64,000 nucleotides of DNA from the NCBI RefSeq assembly GCF_006345805.1, contig NC_043004.1, positions 6,386,001-6,450,000 of the forward strand, written 5' to 3'. Below are positions 37,795-50,378 of this stretch, one piece after another. This DNA is from Octopus sinensis (taxonomy: Eukaryota). Position 1 is the first letter of the stretch; each line of letters opens with the position of its first letter. The notes under the pieces were generated by a model. It was not told where the DNA came from. It made no database searches and saw nothing but the letters and a program-made list of their open reading frames with translations. The position numbers and the translations under genes are program-made.

Positions 37795-38190
37795 TCTTTT
37801 ACTTGTTTCAGTCATTTGACTGTGGCCACACTGGAGCACCGCCTTTGGTCGAGCAAAGTGACCCCAGGACTTATTCTTTGTAAGCCTAGTACATATTCTA
37901 TCGGTCTCTTTTGCCAAACCTAAGTTATGGGGACGTAAACACACCAGCGTCGGTTGTCAAGCGATGTTTAGGGGGACAAACACAGACATACAAACGTATA
38001 CACACACATACATATATATACATATACACGACAGGCTTCTTTCAGTTTCCGTCTACCAAATCCACTCACAAGGCTTTGGTTGGCCTGAGGCTATAGTAGA
38101 AGACACTTGCCCAAGGTGCCACACAGTGGGACTGAACCCAGAACCATGTGGTTGGTAAGCAAGCTACTTACCACACAGCCACTCCTACGC
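37795..38190 (-). mobile_element. SINE family A, full length
   Basis: Complete head, microsatellite and tail. Confidence 0.92.
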
Positions 38191-38837
38191 CTATAGCTAC
38201 TTACCTCACAGCCACTCCTGAAATTTTGGGAGAACACTTCTTTGCACTACTGAGAGTAACTTTTGTTAGTGCTTATGAATTTTTTCTCATTATTATGGTT
38301 ATAATTTCATTGGATCAACATTATAATTAATTTGATCTGGATTATTAATAAGCTGCTTAGTAATCTATAATTATAAGTTATGTCAAAACTAGTACAAATA
38401 CACAAATCCCAGACAATTTTTGAAATTATTTTTTTTCCAATTTCTGTTTTAATGCTGCATATGTCTTGAATTTGAAAACCATCCTGGTGTTAAACTTGCT
38501 ATTAATCTGTTTGATTCTGATAAAAGAAATATCTATACTATACTGCAGCCAAAATATTTTATTGTTCCACTCACCCTGATAATGAAAGTAGCTAAGAAAG
38601 AAATGTATTAATATTAAATTATAATCCTATCATCATCACCTATCCTCATGTCTGTATCTCTTTCTTCATCACAAGAGCATGTCTGGTCAGGAGACTTTAT
38701 GGGTCACTGCATAGCATCTAATAGGTTACTTCTGAAAAAGAGGCGGTGCTAACCATCACAACTGACTTTAGATTATTTAGCATGAACAATATCTATATTA
38801 CACCTATTATTGTTCTTCTCTATGAAGGTGATTATCA

Positions 38838-39270
38838 TCATCGTCATCATCATTTAATGTCTGCTTTCCATGCTGGCACGAGTTGGATGGTTTGACTGAG
38901 GGCTGGCAAGCCAGAAGGCCGCACCAGGCTCCAATCTGATCTGGCAAAGTTTCTACAACTGGATGCCCTTCCTAATGCCAACCATTCTGAGAGTGTAGTG
39001 GGTGCTTTTTACATGCCACCAGCATGAGGGCCTGTCAGGCAGTACTGGCATCGACCATGCTTGGATGGTGCTTTTTATGTGCCACCAGCATGGGAGACAG
39101 TCAGGCGATACTGGCATCGACCATGCTTAAATGGTGCTTTTTACATGCCACCGGAATGGGAGCTAGTCAGGCAGCACTGGCAACAACCATGCTCAAATGG
39201 TGCTTTTTACGTGCCACTGGCATGGGACCAGTCAGCCGGCATTGGCATGGGACCTGTCAGCCAGCACTGG
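38838..39270 (-). mobile_element. RTE 3' UTR with 66-bp tandem units
   Basis: ggtgctttt at 39001, 39067, 39133 and 39199. Confidence 0.88.
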
Positions 39271-39274
39271 TGAA

Positions 39275-39845
39275 CAAGCAAAACTATCAAAGCGCTGGGA
39301 AAAATGCTTTGCAATATTTGCTCCTATTCTTTACACTCTGAGTTCAAATCCTACTAAGATTAATTTCTCATCGTCTTGGGGTTAATAAAATAAATACCAA
39401 TCAATTACTGGGGTAATCAACTGACTCCCACCCCTCAAAAACTGCTGGCTGTGTGCTAATATTTGAAAGAATTAGGGTGACAAACTGATTGGATAGTTAG
39501 CAAACCAAATTAAATGTTTAGCAACATTTTCGCCTACCTTTACATTCTGAGTTCAAATTCTGCCACGGTCAACTTTGCCTTTCATCCTTTCATGTTTGAT
39601 AAAATAAGTACCAATTAAGTACTGGCGTTGATATAATCAACTATACTGCACCCCTGAAATTGCTGGCCTTATGCCAAAATTTGAAACTGCCATTATCATC
39701 GTCCTCATCATCATCATCATTATTATTATTATTATGATTATTATTATTATTATTATTATCATCATCATCATCAGGGTGGTGAGCTGGCAGAATTTTTAGC
39801 ATGCCAGATGGTATTTTATCTCTCGTTACGTTCTGAGTTCAAATT
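39275..39845 (+). mobile_element. Cluster of diverged SINE family B copies
   Basis: Three partial Nin-like copies. Further minus-strand copies at about 37480-37625, 40300-40445, 42315-42530 and 43243-43455. Confidence 0.75.
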
Positions 39846-40463
39846 TCATAAACTTCAATATTAGCATATCACAGAAGCAAAATTCAAATATCCAAATAGC
39901 TTTCATATCATTAACTGGTCAATTGTAAAGTGGTGATGATATCTGCAGCTTGATACAGAGAACACAGCAAACAAAGAAACATATTTTGTCTTAGAACAGA
40001 CAGACTTGCTTTTAGCAAGGTTTGAATCCACAATCGTATGATCAATACCAAGAAATCTCTTCTCACAGCCATTCACTTCTAAATCTAAAATTTCCAATAA
40101 CTATAAATGTAATATTTTCTAAATTTAGTTGCTGAAAGATGAAATGTCATCACTGTGTGAATTTGAACTCAAAGAGCAAAGCCAGAAGAAAGGTCACTGA
40201 ACATATTGACTGGCTTGCTAACAATTTTGCCAGCTTGCCTAATATTAATAATACTGCTAATAATAATTTTGCGGTAGGTGGTAAATCTATTCCATTGATC
40301 TCAGTGCAGCACTGGTACTTATTTCTTTCACCCTGAAAAGATGAAAGGTGAAGTCAACCTCAGGGGATTTGAACTCAGATTGTAAAACCAGACAAAATGC
40401 TGCTAACAATTTTGCCCAGCTCAGAAACAATTCTGCCAGCTCATCTGATAAAAAAAAAAAAAA

Positions 40464-40523
<60 letters not shown>

Positions 40524-40575
40524 GTGGTGGTGGTGGTGATGATGATGATGATGATGAAGCAGCAGCAGCAGTACC

Positions 40576-41131
40576 ATGCCCTGAGGCAGTACCAGGCAGT
40601 GGCTCTCATGGCTTCTGGTCTTAACTGATTGGAAGTGTTATTATGTACATTGTTTTGTCTTGGTATAAAAGATGGGCTACAGCAAATATTCTGCTCAATA
40701 CCACAGATTTGCTTGTCAGTTGTTTGACCTTAACCAGTTGAGCATGTCCCTTAGTGGTTCATGATGTGTGCATCTCTGATCACGAGCAGAAGTAGTGGGG
40801 GAGCATCATAGCCATGTGTTGAGAGGGATTCTTTGGGGTTTGAATAATTCACCTCTGGAAACATGGGTGTTTCGTTCAACATCCTTAAACAACCCTTATT
40901 CAGGGATTTTTTGAGCAGGATGGGCTACTCGTCCAGAAGAAAATTCTAACTGGTCCCCACCTGCAACATCATGTGCTGCTTATCTTGATATGAGATCACC
41001 ATGTCGTGCACATTTGGTTGTGATGCATGTGTCTAGTGTACCCTTATCCTACGGGTAGTCATGATGGGTATACTGGGCTTCGTATATTTTACCCCAATGT
41101 CACTTTGATGGCATGCACTGCTCTCTCACTC
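40576..41131. mobile_element. 556-bp unclassified repeat F, copy 1
   Basis: Colinear with 43508-44063; ends in (AAT)n. Confidence 0.85.
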
Positions 41132-41138
41132 AATAATA

Positions 41139-41169
<31 letters not shown>

Positions 41170-41178
41170 TAATAATAA

Positions 41179-42305
41179 GGATGCTAAAACTCGTTGAAAA
41201 ACATGAAAGACCGAAAAAAACTTCACTCTATTCTGAAAGAGAGCTAAAAATTCACTACTGATCTCTTAGATACCTACAAGATTGATCAGATTGAAGGAAA
41301 TGCACCAACTGCTGCTGCAAAAAAAATAAAATTAATTACAAAGACAAAATCACATGAAAAATTAGCTAGCAGATGGGAACAGAAACCTCTGCATGGCAAG
41401 TATGTGGGCCATAGCAAACAAGCTGATGTCGACTAGAAACACATGCACCAATGGTTATGAAGCTCAGGGCTAAAAGCAGAGAGTGAAGGTTTCACATTAG
41501 CTGCTCAAAGCCAAAGCTTATTAACCCGGAACTACCAAGCCAATGTGATAAAAAATGGAGCTAACCCAAAATGCTGATTCTGTAACGATGAGATTGAAAC
41601 TATAGACCACCTAATCTCAGGGTGTAGAGTCTTAGCACCTGTAGAATACAAAGTAAGACATGACAGAATCGACCAGTACTTACACTGGACAATATGTCGG
41701 CATTATAAAATCAAAACCGATGACAAATGGTATAAACACCATCTTGAAGCTGTGACTGAGGGAGAAAATGTGTCAATTCTCTGGGACTTCCCTGTACATA
41801 CCGACAAAACTATAAAAGCTAATAAACTGGATATTATTATAAAAGATCAGACGAAAAAGGTGTATTTATTAATTGATATGAGTATTCCTTGCGATCACAA
41901 TATAGCAGCGAAAGAATTTGACAAGATCAGTAAATATAAAGACTTGCTAATAGAAATTGAAAAAATGTGGCATCTCAAAGCGACTACAGTACCAGTGATT
42001 GTAGGACCTCTAGGAATGATAAAAAAAGGTACTGAAACCTTTTTGAAAATGATACCAGGCTTACCATCCCTACAGGAAGTGCAGAAAATCGTGTTAACTG
42101 GAATGACTCATGTACTGAAAAGAGCATTATTGCTGTGAAAACAACATCCATTCATAAATTTATTTAATTATTAATTTTTTAAATACATATTTTACTTGTG
42201 AATTTGCATGTGTAATCTGGGAACGCATGCAATGAGCTTCTCTGCCCTAGGTGTACGGAAAACACTCAGCAAGAAATGGAAGAAAATTTGAAGAAAGAAG
42301 GAAAA
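41179..42305 (+). mobile_element. R4/Dong-like RLE LINE 3' fragment
   Basis: KPLHGKY...SGLKAESEG...CCHC knuckle C*FCNDEIETIDHLISGC...RHD...ILWDF...NKLDII...LIDMSIP...KYKDL; lies in (TAA)n. Confidence 0.92.
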
Positions 42306-42536
42306 AATAATAATAATCCTTTCTACTATAGAGACAAGGCCTGAAATTTTGGGGGAGTGGACCAGTCAGTTTGATTGATCCCAGCATGCAACTAGTACTT
42401 AATTTATCAACACCAAAAGGATGAAAAGCAAAGTCAACCTTGGGGGAATTTGAACTCAGAATGTAACGACAGATGAAATACTACTAAGCATTTCACTCAG
42501 CCTGCTAACAATTCTGCCAGCTCGATGCCTTAATAG

Positions 42537-42567
<31 letters not shown>

Positions 42568-42609
42568 GGTGGTAGTGGTGGTAGTGGTGGTGATGATGAT
42601 GATGATGTG

Positions 42610-43225
42610 AAATTCTTGCATAGAAAGAATACAAGCATAGGCACGACAGGGTAGCCCAAAACCTCCACTGGCTACTATGCTGTAAGTATGGATATGAGGT
42701 TGCAGGTGCTTGGTACCAACATACACGTAATGGACAAAAAAGGGGACAACAAAAATCCTGTGGGACTTTGACTTCCAGACAGACAAGGGATTAGAGCACC
42801 AAAGGCCAGATATAGTAAACCTTTAGTTGGGACAAACAAGAGTGCCTAATAATTGATGTGGCAGTGCCAGGAGATCAACATACCACCATGAAAGAAAGAG
42901 AAAAGGTTGATAAATATGGAGAGCTGAGAATTGAGATTGCTAAAATGTGGCAGCTACGAGAGTCAAACATAAAGGTTATCCCTATTGTCATCGGAGCATT
43001 GGATTCAATACCACCCAATCTGCAAGAAACATTTGAAAACTTTAGAAATGCCCTACAATCTAGGTGTATTGCAAAAGTCAGCATTACTTGGAACTGCACA
43101 CTTATTGCATAAAGTACTGTCTGTCTGAGGTCCTTGTTGTAACTTGACAAACAGTACAAACCCTGGTATGCACAATATCTTCAATCAACAACCTCACGAT
43201 ATTGTATACTGTGTTACATCTATAA
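42610..43225 (+). mobile_element. R4/Dong-like RLE LINE fragment 2
   Basis: RHDRVAQNLHW...ILWDFDFQTD...RPDIV...DVAVPGD...KYGEL...IVIGAL; frameshifted; (ATA)n tail. Confidence 0.85.
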
Positions 43226-43476
43226 TGATAATAATAATAATTCTTTCTATTGGAAGCACAAAGCCTCAAATTTGGGGGAAGGGATTAAGTCAATTACATC
43301 AAACCCGGTGCATAACTGGTACATATTTAATTGACCCCAAAAGGATGACAGGCAGAGTCGACCTTGGTAGAATTTGAACTCAGAGCATAGCAGCAAACGA
43401 AATACCGCTAAGTATTTCACTCAGCGTGCTAATGATTCTGCCAGCTCGCTACCTTGATGATGATAATAATAATAAC

Positions 43477-43507
<31 letters not shown>

Positions 43508-43508
<1 letters not shown>

Positions 43509-44063
43509 TGCCCTGATGCAGTACCAGGCAGTGGCTCTCGTGGCTTCTGATCTTAACTGATTGAAAGTGTTACCGTGTACATTGTTTTGTCTGGGTATAA
43601 AAGATGGGCTACAGCAAATATTCTGCTCAATACCACAGATTTGCTTGTCAGTTGTTTGACCTTAACCATTTGAGCATGTCCCTTAGTGGCTGATGATATG
43701 TGCATCTCTGATCATGAGCAGAAGTAGTGGGGAGGCATCATAGCCATGTGTTGAGAGGGATTCTTTGGGGTTTGAATAATTCACCTCTGGAAACATGGGT
43801 GTCTCGTTCAACATCCTTAAACAAACCTTATTCAGGGACCTTTTGAGCAGGATGGGCTACTCGACCAGAAGAAAATTCTAACTGGGCCCCACTTGCAGGG
43901 TCATGCACTGTTTATCTTGATATGAGATCACCATGATGGGCACATATGGTTGTGATGCATGTGCCTGGTGTACCCTTATCAGACGAGTAGTCATGATGGG
44001 TATACTGGGCTTCGTATATTTTACCCCAGTGTCACTTTGATGGCATGCATTGCTCTCTCACTC
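43508..44063. mobile_element. 556-bp unclassified repeat F, copy 2
   Basis: (AAT)n on both sides; same length as copy 1. Confidence 0.85.
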
Positions 44064-44105
<42 letters not shown>

Positions 44106-44739
44106 GATTTCAAACTTTGGCGCAAGGCCAGCAATAAGAAAAATAATATATATATTATGTTATCTTGCTTAGGCAACCCATGCTAGCAGGGAAAGCGGAC
44201 GTTAAATGATGATCACGATGATGATGATGGTGATGCTAATAACCTGGTGTTACACTATCTCACACTGTGTATGTGTGTGTCTGTGCGTGTGTGCATGTGG
44301 CTTTGCCTCTGTGTTTGGCTACCGCTTGACAGTTGGTGTCAGTGTGTTTACGTCTCCGTTATCTAGCGGTTCGACATAAGAAACCGAAAGAATAAGTATC
44401 AGGCTTTAAGAAAAAAGGTACTGGCCTCGATTTGTTTCCCTAAAATTCCTTGAAGCGATCCGCCAGCATGGCTACAGTCTAATGACCGAAACAAATAATA
44501 GATAATATGCACGTGTTTGCGTGTGCATGCGTGCGTGCGTGAGTATGGGTGTGTATTCAGAGCTGATAAATAATAATGATCACTTAGGAAGTTATCTCCC
44601 ATAGTAACTTATCCCATGTGCAATTTCTGTCCCATACTTTATTCTTTACTTTCTAATAGTTGCTTCCCTTTGTTATATTAGTATTTTGAAGATAAATCAT
44701 ATTTTTTCACTATTTTCTTTTAGTTTTATTAATCATACT

Positions 44740-44835
44740 TTCCGAAATCCGTCGAAACTACACCTGATTATATATACACTTTCGATGAGTTGTAGTGCAC
44801 CTGAGCACTGTACACAATGTTTATTATTATTATTC
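44740..44835 (+). mobile_element. CR1-like 3' end
   Basis: Matches the 3' UTR of 48310-48880. Confidence 0.8.
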
Positions 44836-44839
44836 AGTA

Positions 44840-45234
44840 GTTTTATTTTTATAGCGTGCTTTCACTTCACTACCGAGCGCAGCTCTGTGTGCCTTGGGTA
44901 TGTGCTGTGATTTGTTGTGATGCTCTGATGGTTATTGTATGGAAAGTGTTCTGCGTAGGATGTGTGCAGTGCCTAGTAGTGCAATTTCTGTATGTTATAT
45001 GTGTTTGTAAGTCCTGGTGTTTTTGTTATGTATGTCTGAATATTTTTTTATCATGCCTAATGCACCTACTATGATAGGAATTGTTTCTGTTTTCAGGTTC
45101 CACATTCTAGTTACCTCTATTTCCAGGTCTTTGTATTTTGAGAGTTTCTCCATTTCTTTTAGAGACACGTTGTCATCTGCCGGTATTGATACATCAATTA
45201 GAAAGCATTTTTTTTCTTCATGATCTCTGACAAC

Positions 45235-45235
<1 letters not shown>
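44840..45235 (-). mobile_element. R4/Dong-like RLE LINE fragment 3
   Basis: CFLIDVSIPADDNVSLKEMEKLSKYKDLEIEVTRMW...IIVGALG; (ATT)n on both sides. Confidence 0.88.
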
Positions 45236-45272
<37 letters not shown>

Positions 45273-45762
45273 TTCTTGTATCTTTTCTACACATATACAA
45301 GAGCGACCATTTTCGTCCGGAAAAATTGTTTTTTAAAACTACGTACAATCTGAAATATTCTGTATCTTGTGTCAAGTGAAGACCAATACAAATGGCAATA
45401 GAAAACAGAAGTTTAACCTTGTTCTGAATCGTTCCAGCTTAAAATACCAGAAATAAATTTTGCCAAATATTTATTTTAAGCATCTCTCTCAATGCAAGAC
45501 AGTGCACATTCAACTACAAGGGAGAAAACTCGTACATCGACTTCATGCCCATATAGCGTGCTGAAGATTTTAAAATATCTGATTATATATCTTGAATCCT
45601 CTCAAAAAAATTATGGGAAAATAGTATGTTGTTTGGAAACAGTTGAGGGTTGTTTACTGGAAAGGCATCCATCCATAGAAAGGCTGCCTCAGTAAATTCT
45701 ACCTAACCCATGTAAACATAGCAAAGTGAACATTAAAATGCTACTACCACTACTACTGCTAT

Positions 45763-45793
<31 letters not shown>

Positions 45794-46739
45794 AGCAGTA
45801 GTTTGTTGATTGTATAGTGAAACAATGCAGGAATCAATGAAACAGGGGCTTGGATGCAGTAAATGTATATGTGAGGTGATTTCATTGATATTTTTGCAAA
45901 CCATCTAAGATCAATGGTTAATATTTAATTTGAATTTCTGAATTTCTGTACGTTTATGCCTCTTCCTGGAGAAAACCTGATCAGAAGTATAGCTTCCAAA
46001 GAGATGCAGATCCAGGAAGGTGTAGAAGGACCTATGTATTTAGAAAAAAAAAAGTGAGAATCTGATTAATGTACAGAAAGAACTATGTGAAAAACAAAAA
46101 ACACGTTTGCGGTGCTTCAGAAATGCTAGAATGTGGGACAAAAAGAGTCCTGTTGATGGTTTTTTTTATGATGCAGTGGACTGACAAAATTTCTGATCTA
46201 ATGAATAACAGATGGAGTAAACTCATGGGTGGGCTACAGTAGATGCTTATCTTAGATACAGTTGATGGTTTTGTTGATAACAAAAGCAAGAACTTTGCTT
46301 TCAGCTAATTTCTGATGGGTGGGAAACTACTGCTGCATGACATAAGACAACAGATGTCCAATTGATCTGATTTTACTGAAACCATGCTTATGGTCTGTGA
46401 GACGAGAAAGAAACTTAAAGTAATTTACCAGTTACTTTATATTGTAGCTGGTAAATTGTAAACTAGTAACTTAGAGAGATTTCCAATTGGCCAATTTGCA
46501 AATCACTTTATGCATGGATAAGGAAGTGTTTAGCTTGATGCTGAACAAATAGAATTCTTTACTAAGTTTAAATTCCAAAATTGCACTGATAGAAACAATG
46601 AAATTTAAACTTTTTCAACATACTTCTATTGAAATGCACTCAATTTATTTCAATGAATTTTTAAAAAGTTCTGGCATTATTACAATAGTATTTGGGAATT
46701 TAATTAGCATGAACTTTTTAATGGAGACTTTTAATTTTG

Positions 46740-47120
46740 ATTGCTCTTTTACTCTTTTACTTGTTTCAGTCATTTGACTGCAGCCACACTGGAGCACCGT
46801 CTTTTGGTCGAGCAAATCAACCCCAGGACTTATTTTTTGTAAGCTTAGTACATATTCTTTCTGTCTCTTTTGACGAACTGCTAAGTTATGGGGACATAAA
46901 CACACCAGCATCAGTTGTCAAGCAATGTTGGGGGGACAAACACAGACACACAAACACACACACACACATATAGATGGGCTTCTTTCAATTTCCGTCTACC
47001 AAATCCACTCACAAAGCTTTGGTCGCCCAAGGCTATGGTAGAAGACACTTGCCCATGGTGCCAAGCAGTGGGACTGAACCCGGAATCATGTGGTTGGTAA
47101 GCAAGCTACTTACCACACAG
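46740..47120 (-). mobile_element. SINE family A, near full length
   Basis: Homologous to 37795-38190. Confidence 0.9.
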
Positions 47121-47544
47121 CAACTCCAACCTTTTAGCATACAGAATTCTCTGTCAAATGCAATGCTTATTAATTCACATTGTTTTGAATTAATCATGTA
47201 TTATCTTTGAGATTTCAATGATGTGATTGTTTGTTTTTATAACAACATTGTAAGGTAGGTATAAGAAACTAAATCTGGCTGCTTTGAACACAATACGGGT
47301 AGAATATGTTGGCAGTATATGGCCAGTTTGATTGATAGTTAAATTGGAAGTTTGTGTCAAATAACCAGAGGTGACCTCAGGCAATTAGTACACAATTGGA
47401 GTATTATATAAGAAAAAAGAAGATAGTGTAATCTGATCATTTGTGTATATGTTTGTGTGCTTCAGGTTTATCCAAAGTTAGTTAAAAAAAAAAAAAAAAA
47501 AAAACTATTAGAAAAACTTTGTGCTATAAAAATAAAAGAAACTA

Positions 47545-47910
47545 ATAAGGAAAAAGAAGGCATCGGAGGGGCGATGCATACCCTGCCCGCACACAAGGAT
47601 AAAATAAAATTAAATTGAATAAATATATTCCTACGAATTCATGTCAACAAAATGACATCAAGAGTTATTTACCCTGCTTACCGTTTATACATATGTAACA
47701 AAGAAAAAAAAAAAACATTTTGATTCACCCGTACGCCAGTTTTGAAGATAATCAATCCAAAATAATGAGTTCGAGCCACTCACCCAACGTGTATGTCTGC
47801 CAAATTCGGTGAAAATCCGTTCGGCCGTTTTTCCAGTAAGTTTGCTAACACACACACACAAAGATGAGTATTTACAATACCCTGCTTTCACTTACACACA
47901 CAGGGTAATA
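47545..47910 (+). mobile_element. Helentron/DINE-1-like non-autonomous element
   Basis: 5' short palindrome gcatcg-gagggg-cgatgc, ccaaattcggtgaaaatccg plus (CA)n, 3' stem-loop taccctg/cagggta then AT-rich end. Confidence 0.55.
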
Positions 47911-48059
47911 AGAACAGGGATTAGTATAAATAACATACAGAGAGGCATTATAGCCACAATGCATAGGTGGAAGAACAACTGGGTCCTTTAAATAAATGCT
48001 GGATAATTTTGTTTCTTCCATCTTGTTTTATTTGCTTATTATACACCCCATGAGGAAAA

Positions 48060-48270
48060 GATTATTGTTTCTACAGGATGTCCTTTACAACCTGAAACAT
48101 TGGGATAACTCAACAGATTACATGCAGCCAATGGAGACCATGAGGAAGTGTTCTGATATTTCTAATAAAACTTTGTTTCTCAATGTTTTCCCATAAACTC
48201 TGCTGAGTTATCTTCATTTTTTTTATTTTCTGAATTTTTCAAATTGTAAAGGTAATTTATGGACACCCTG
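48060..48270 (+). mobile_element. Tc1/maT-like 3' end relic
   Basis: NRLHAANGDHEEV resembles the transposase C-terminus; ends ggacaccctgTA. Confidence 0.55.
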
Positions 48271-48309
48271 TACATCCCCAGATTTTCTGTTGTGCATTGT
48301 CCATTTGAA

Positions 48310-48880
48310 TTATATAAATAATAATAATAATAATAATAATTGTGTACAGTGCTCAAGTGCACTACAACTCATCTAAAGTGTATATATAATCAGGTGTAGT
48401 TTCGGCGGATTTCGGAAAGCATGAGGGCCTTAAAGGATGCAGTGTCATGGCAGTCAACAACTGACGCAGGCAGTTTATTCCATGCTTCAGCAACTCTGAG
48501 CGTGAAAAAATGTTTCCGAAAGTCATGGGAGCTGTGTTGTTTTCTGACTTTGTAGGCATGTCCACGTGTGTTAGACACATGGAGATCAAAAAGGTGTTCA
48601 GTGTTGTTGTTGGTGAGGTGTTTGATAACTTTGTGGGTGTTTACCAAGTCCGTCGCCAGACGCCGGAGCTTCAGTGAATCCATGCCCAGGGAAACAAGGC
48701 GCTCAGAATATGGTAGGTGTCTGATGGAGGGTATGCGTTTGGTTGCACGTCTCTGGACAGATTCCAGGAGGTCAATGTTCTGAGCAAGATAGGGGTTCCA
48801 AACTGATGATGCGAATTCCAAGTGTGGTCGTACCATAGCTGTATGGTACGACCATGTTGGAATTTAATTAAGTATGCAAC
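48310..48880 (-). mobile_element. CR1 LINE 3' fragment
   Basis: VRPHLEFASSVWNP...LESVQRRATK...YSERL...RGHAYK...FFTLRVAEAWNKLP; 3' UTR and (ATT)n. Confidence 0.93.
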
Positions 48881-48954
48881 CCGATATCTGAGTTCTTGTC
48901 TGGAATGCTTTTGGTTGGTTCTGCTCAGTTCTTTCAATACAATTCTTATATCGT

Positions 48955-49530
48955 CGTCGGCGTCCTCATCATTTAACATTTGTGTTCCATGCTGGCAAGG
49001 GTAACACGGTTTTTCTGGAGCTGATAAACCAAAGAGCTGCCCCAGGCTCCAGACTGTTTTGGGTTGGTTTCCACAGTTGGCTATCCTTCCTAATGCCAAC
49101 CATTCCAAGAGTGTACTTGCATGTCTTTTACATGTCGCTGTCACTAACATGACCATGATTTTACATAGTTTGATGTGTCTTCTCAAGCACAGCAAATTGC
49201 CAGATCTGTCATTGCCTCCATGACACTCAACAACCAAAGATCATATTTCAAAACTTCATTCCATATTTTCCTAGGTCTTCCTCTTCCACAGGTTCCCTCA
49301 ACAATTAGAGATTGGCACATCTTTATGCAGCTGTCCTCGTCAATATATAACACATGACCGTACCAGCTCAGTCTTCTCTCTTGCACACTACATCTGATGC
49401 CTCTTATGTCCAGTTTTTCTCTTAAGACCCTTACACTCTGTTATACATGTACACTGATATTGCAGATCCAGCAGAGCTTGCTAACTTAATTTCTTTCAAG
49501 CATTCACATGTCCTCTGCAGTCACAGCTTA
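48955..49530 (-). mobile_element. RTE 3' fragment
   Basis: QERRLSWYGHV...GRGRPRKIW plus 3' UTR. Confidence 0.88.
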
Positions 49531-49699
49531 TGTTTATATCAAGTATCTTATATCAAATATATTATTATATAGAGATTATCATTTTTATGTCTTACTTTTC
49601 AAGCTGTGGGTTTGATAGGAATTTTTGAGACAACTATTTCGTGGGCAATGATATGATATACCTATTTTAAGAACAAAAATGCAAAAGGCATTGTATGTA

Positions 49700-50378
49700 T
49701 ATATGCATGCATGTGTGTATGTCCTTATTCAGTTTTATTTCAAGATTTCAATAGAGGAAGAGCCAGTTTCTAGCCTACATTCAAGGGCCCTTCATTTGAA
49801 TTTCAACATCAACAAGTTATTTTTGTGTGTATGTATGTTTGTATACACGCAAATTTGTATGTTTTGTTTTATGTACGTCTTCTCATGCATATACTTGCCT
49901 ATCCAGACATACTCATACATATTTAAATGATAAACTTCTGGAAAGATTTACACTTTTTACAGTTCCTGTGTTGGCTTGGATCTGTAGTCTTCAAATCAGC
50001 TTTCTCCTTTCTGGTCTTGAGAAACCTAATTTCTCAAGATTGGTATTTAGGCAGCATCCCAATAATTACAGGTATAAACCTGAACTTGTAATCTGGATAC
50101 AGTAACTGTAGATTTCTCAATAGTTCAGCATAGATATTCTCTTTTTCACTGATCTTCAGCTTTATGTTAAAATTTGCTGGACAGCTGATTTACACAACTG
50201 TTCACAGTTTCTCTTCTCTATCCCAAATCATTATATCAGGTCTGTTGTGCTTACATTTTATTGAGGTTTTCACTGGGACATTCCACCAGTATTCCTTTTT
50301 TGAGTGGCTATGGCTTCTACCATTGTCTTCAGGGTTATCCTTTGGACAGATTTCATTATATAGTATTCTAGCTACAAC
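49700..50378 (-). mobile_element. RLE LINE fragment 4 (more divergent lineage)
   Basis: HD.VARILYNEI...YWWNVPVKT...HNRPDIMIWDREEK...YAELLRNLQLLYPDYKFRFIPVIIG. Confidence 0.8.

Noticed and set aside
39903-40097. LEILDL-containing ORF as an LRR exon
   Set aside because: EKRFLGI...VDSNL fits a decayed CR1/L2 motif equally well; no good donor.
45962-46019. Hammerhead-like CUGAUCA-GAAG...CUUC-CAAA inside a 9-bp stem
   Set aside because: Both G8 and G12 are substituted and stems I and III do not form properly.
47996-48196. Terminal exon after a good acceptor (DVLYNLKHW...)
   Set aside because: Lies within a Tc1-like 3' end ending ggacaccctgTA.
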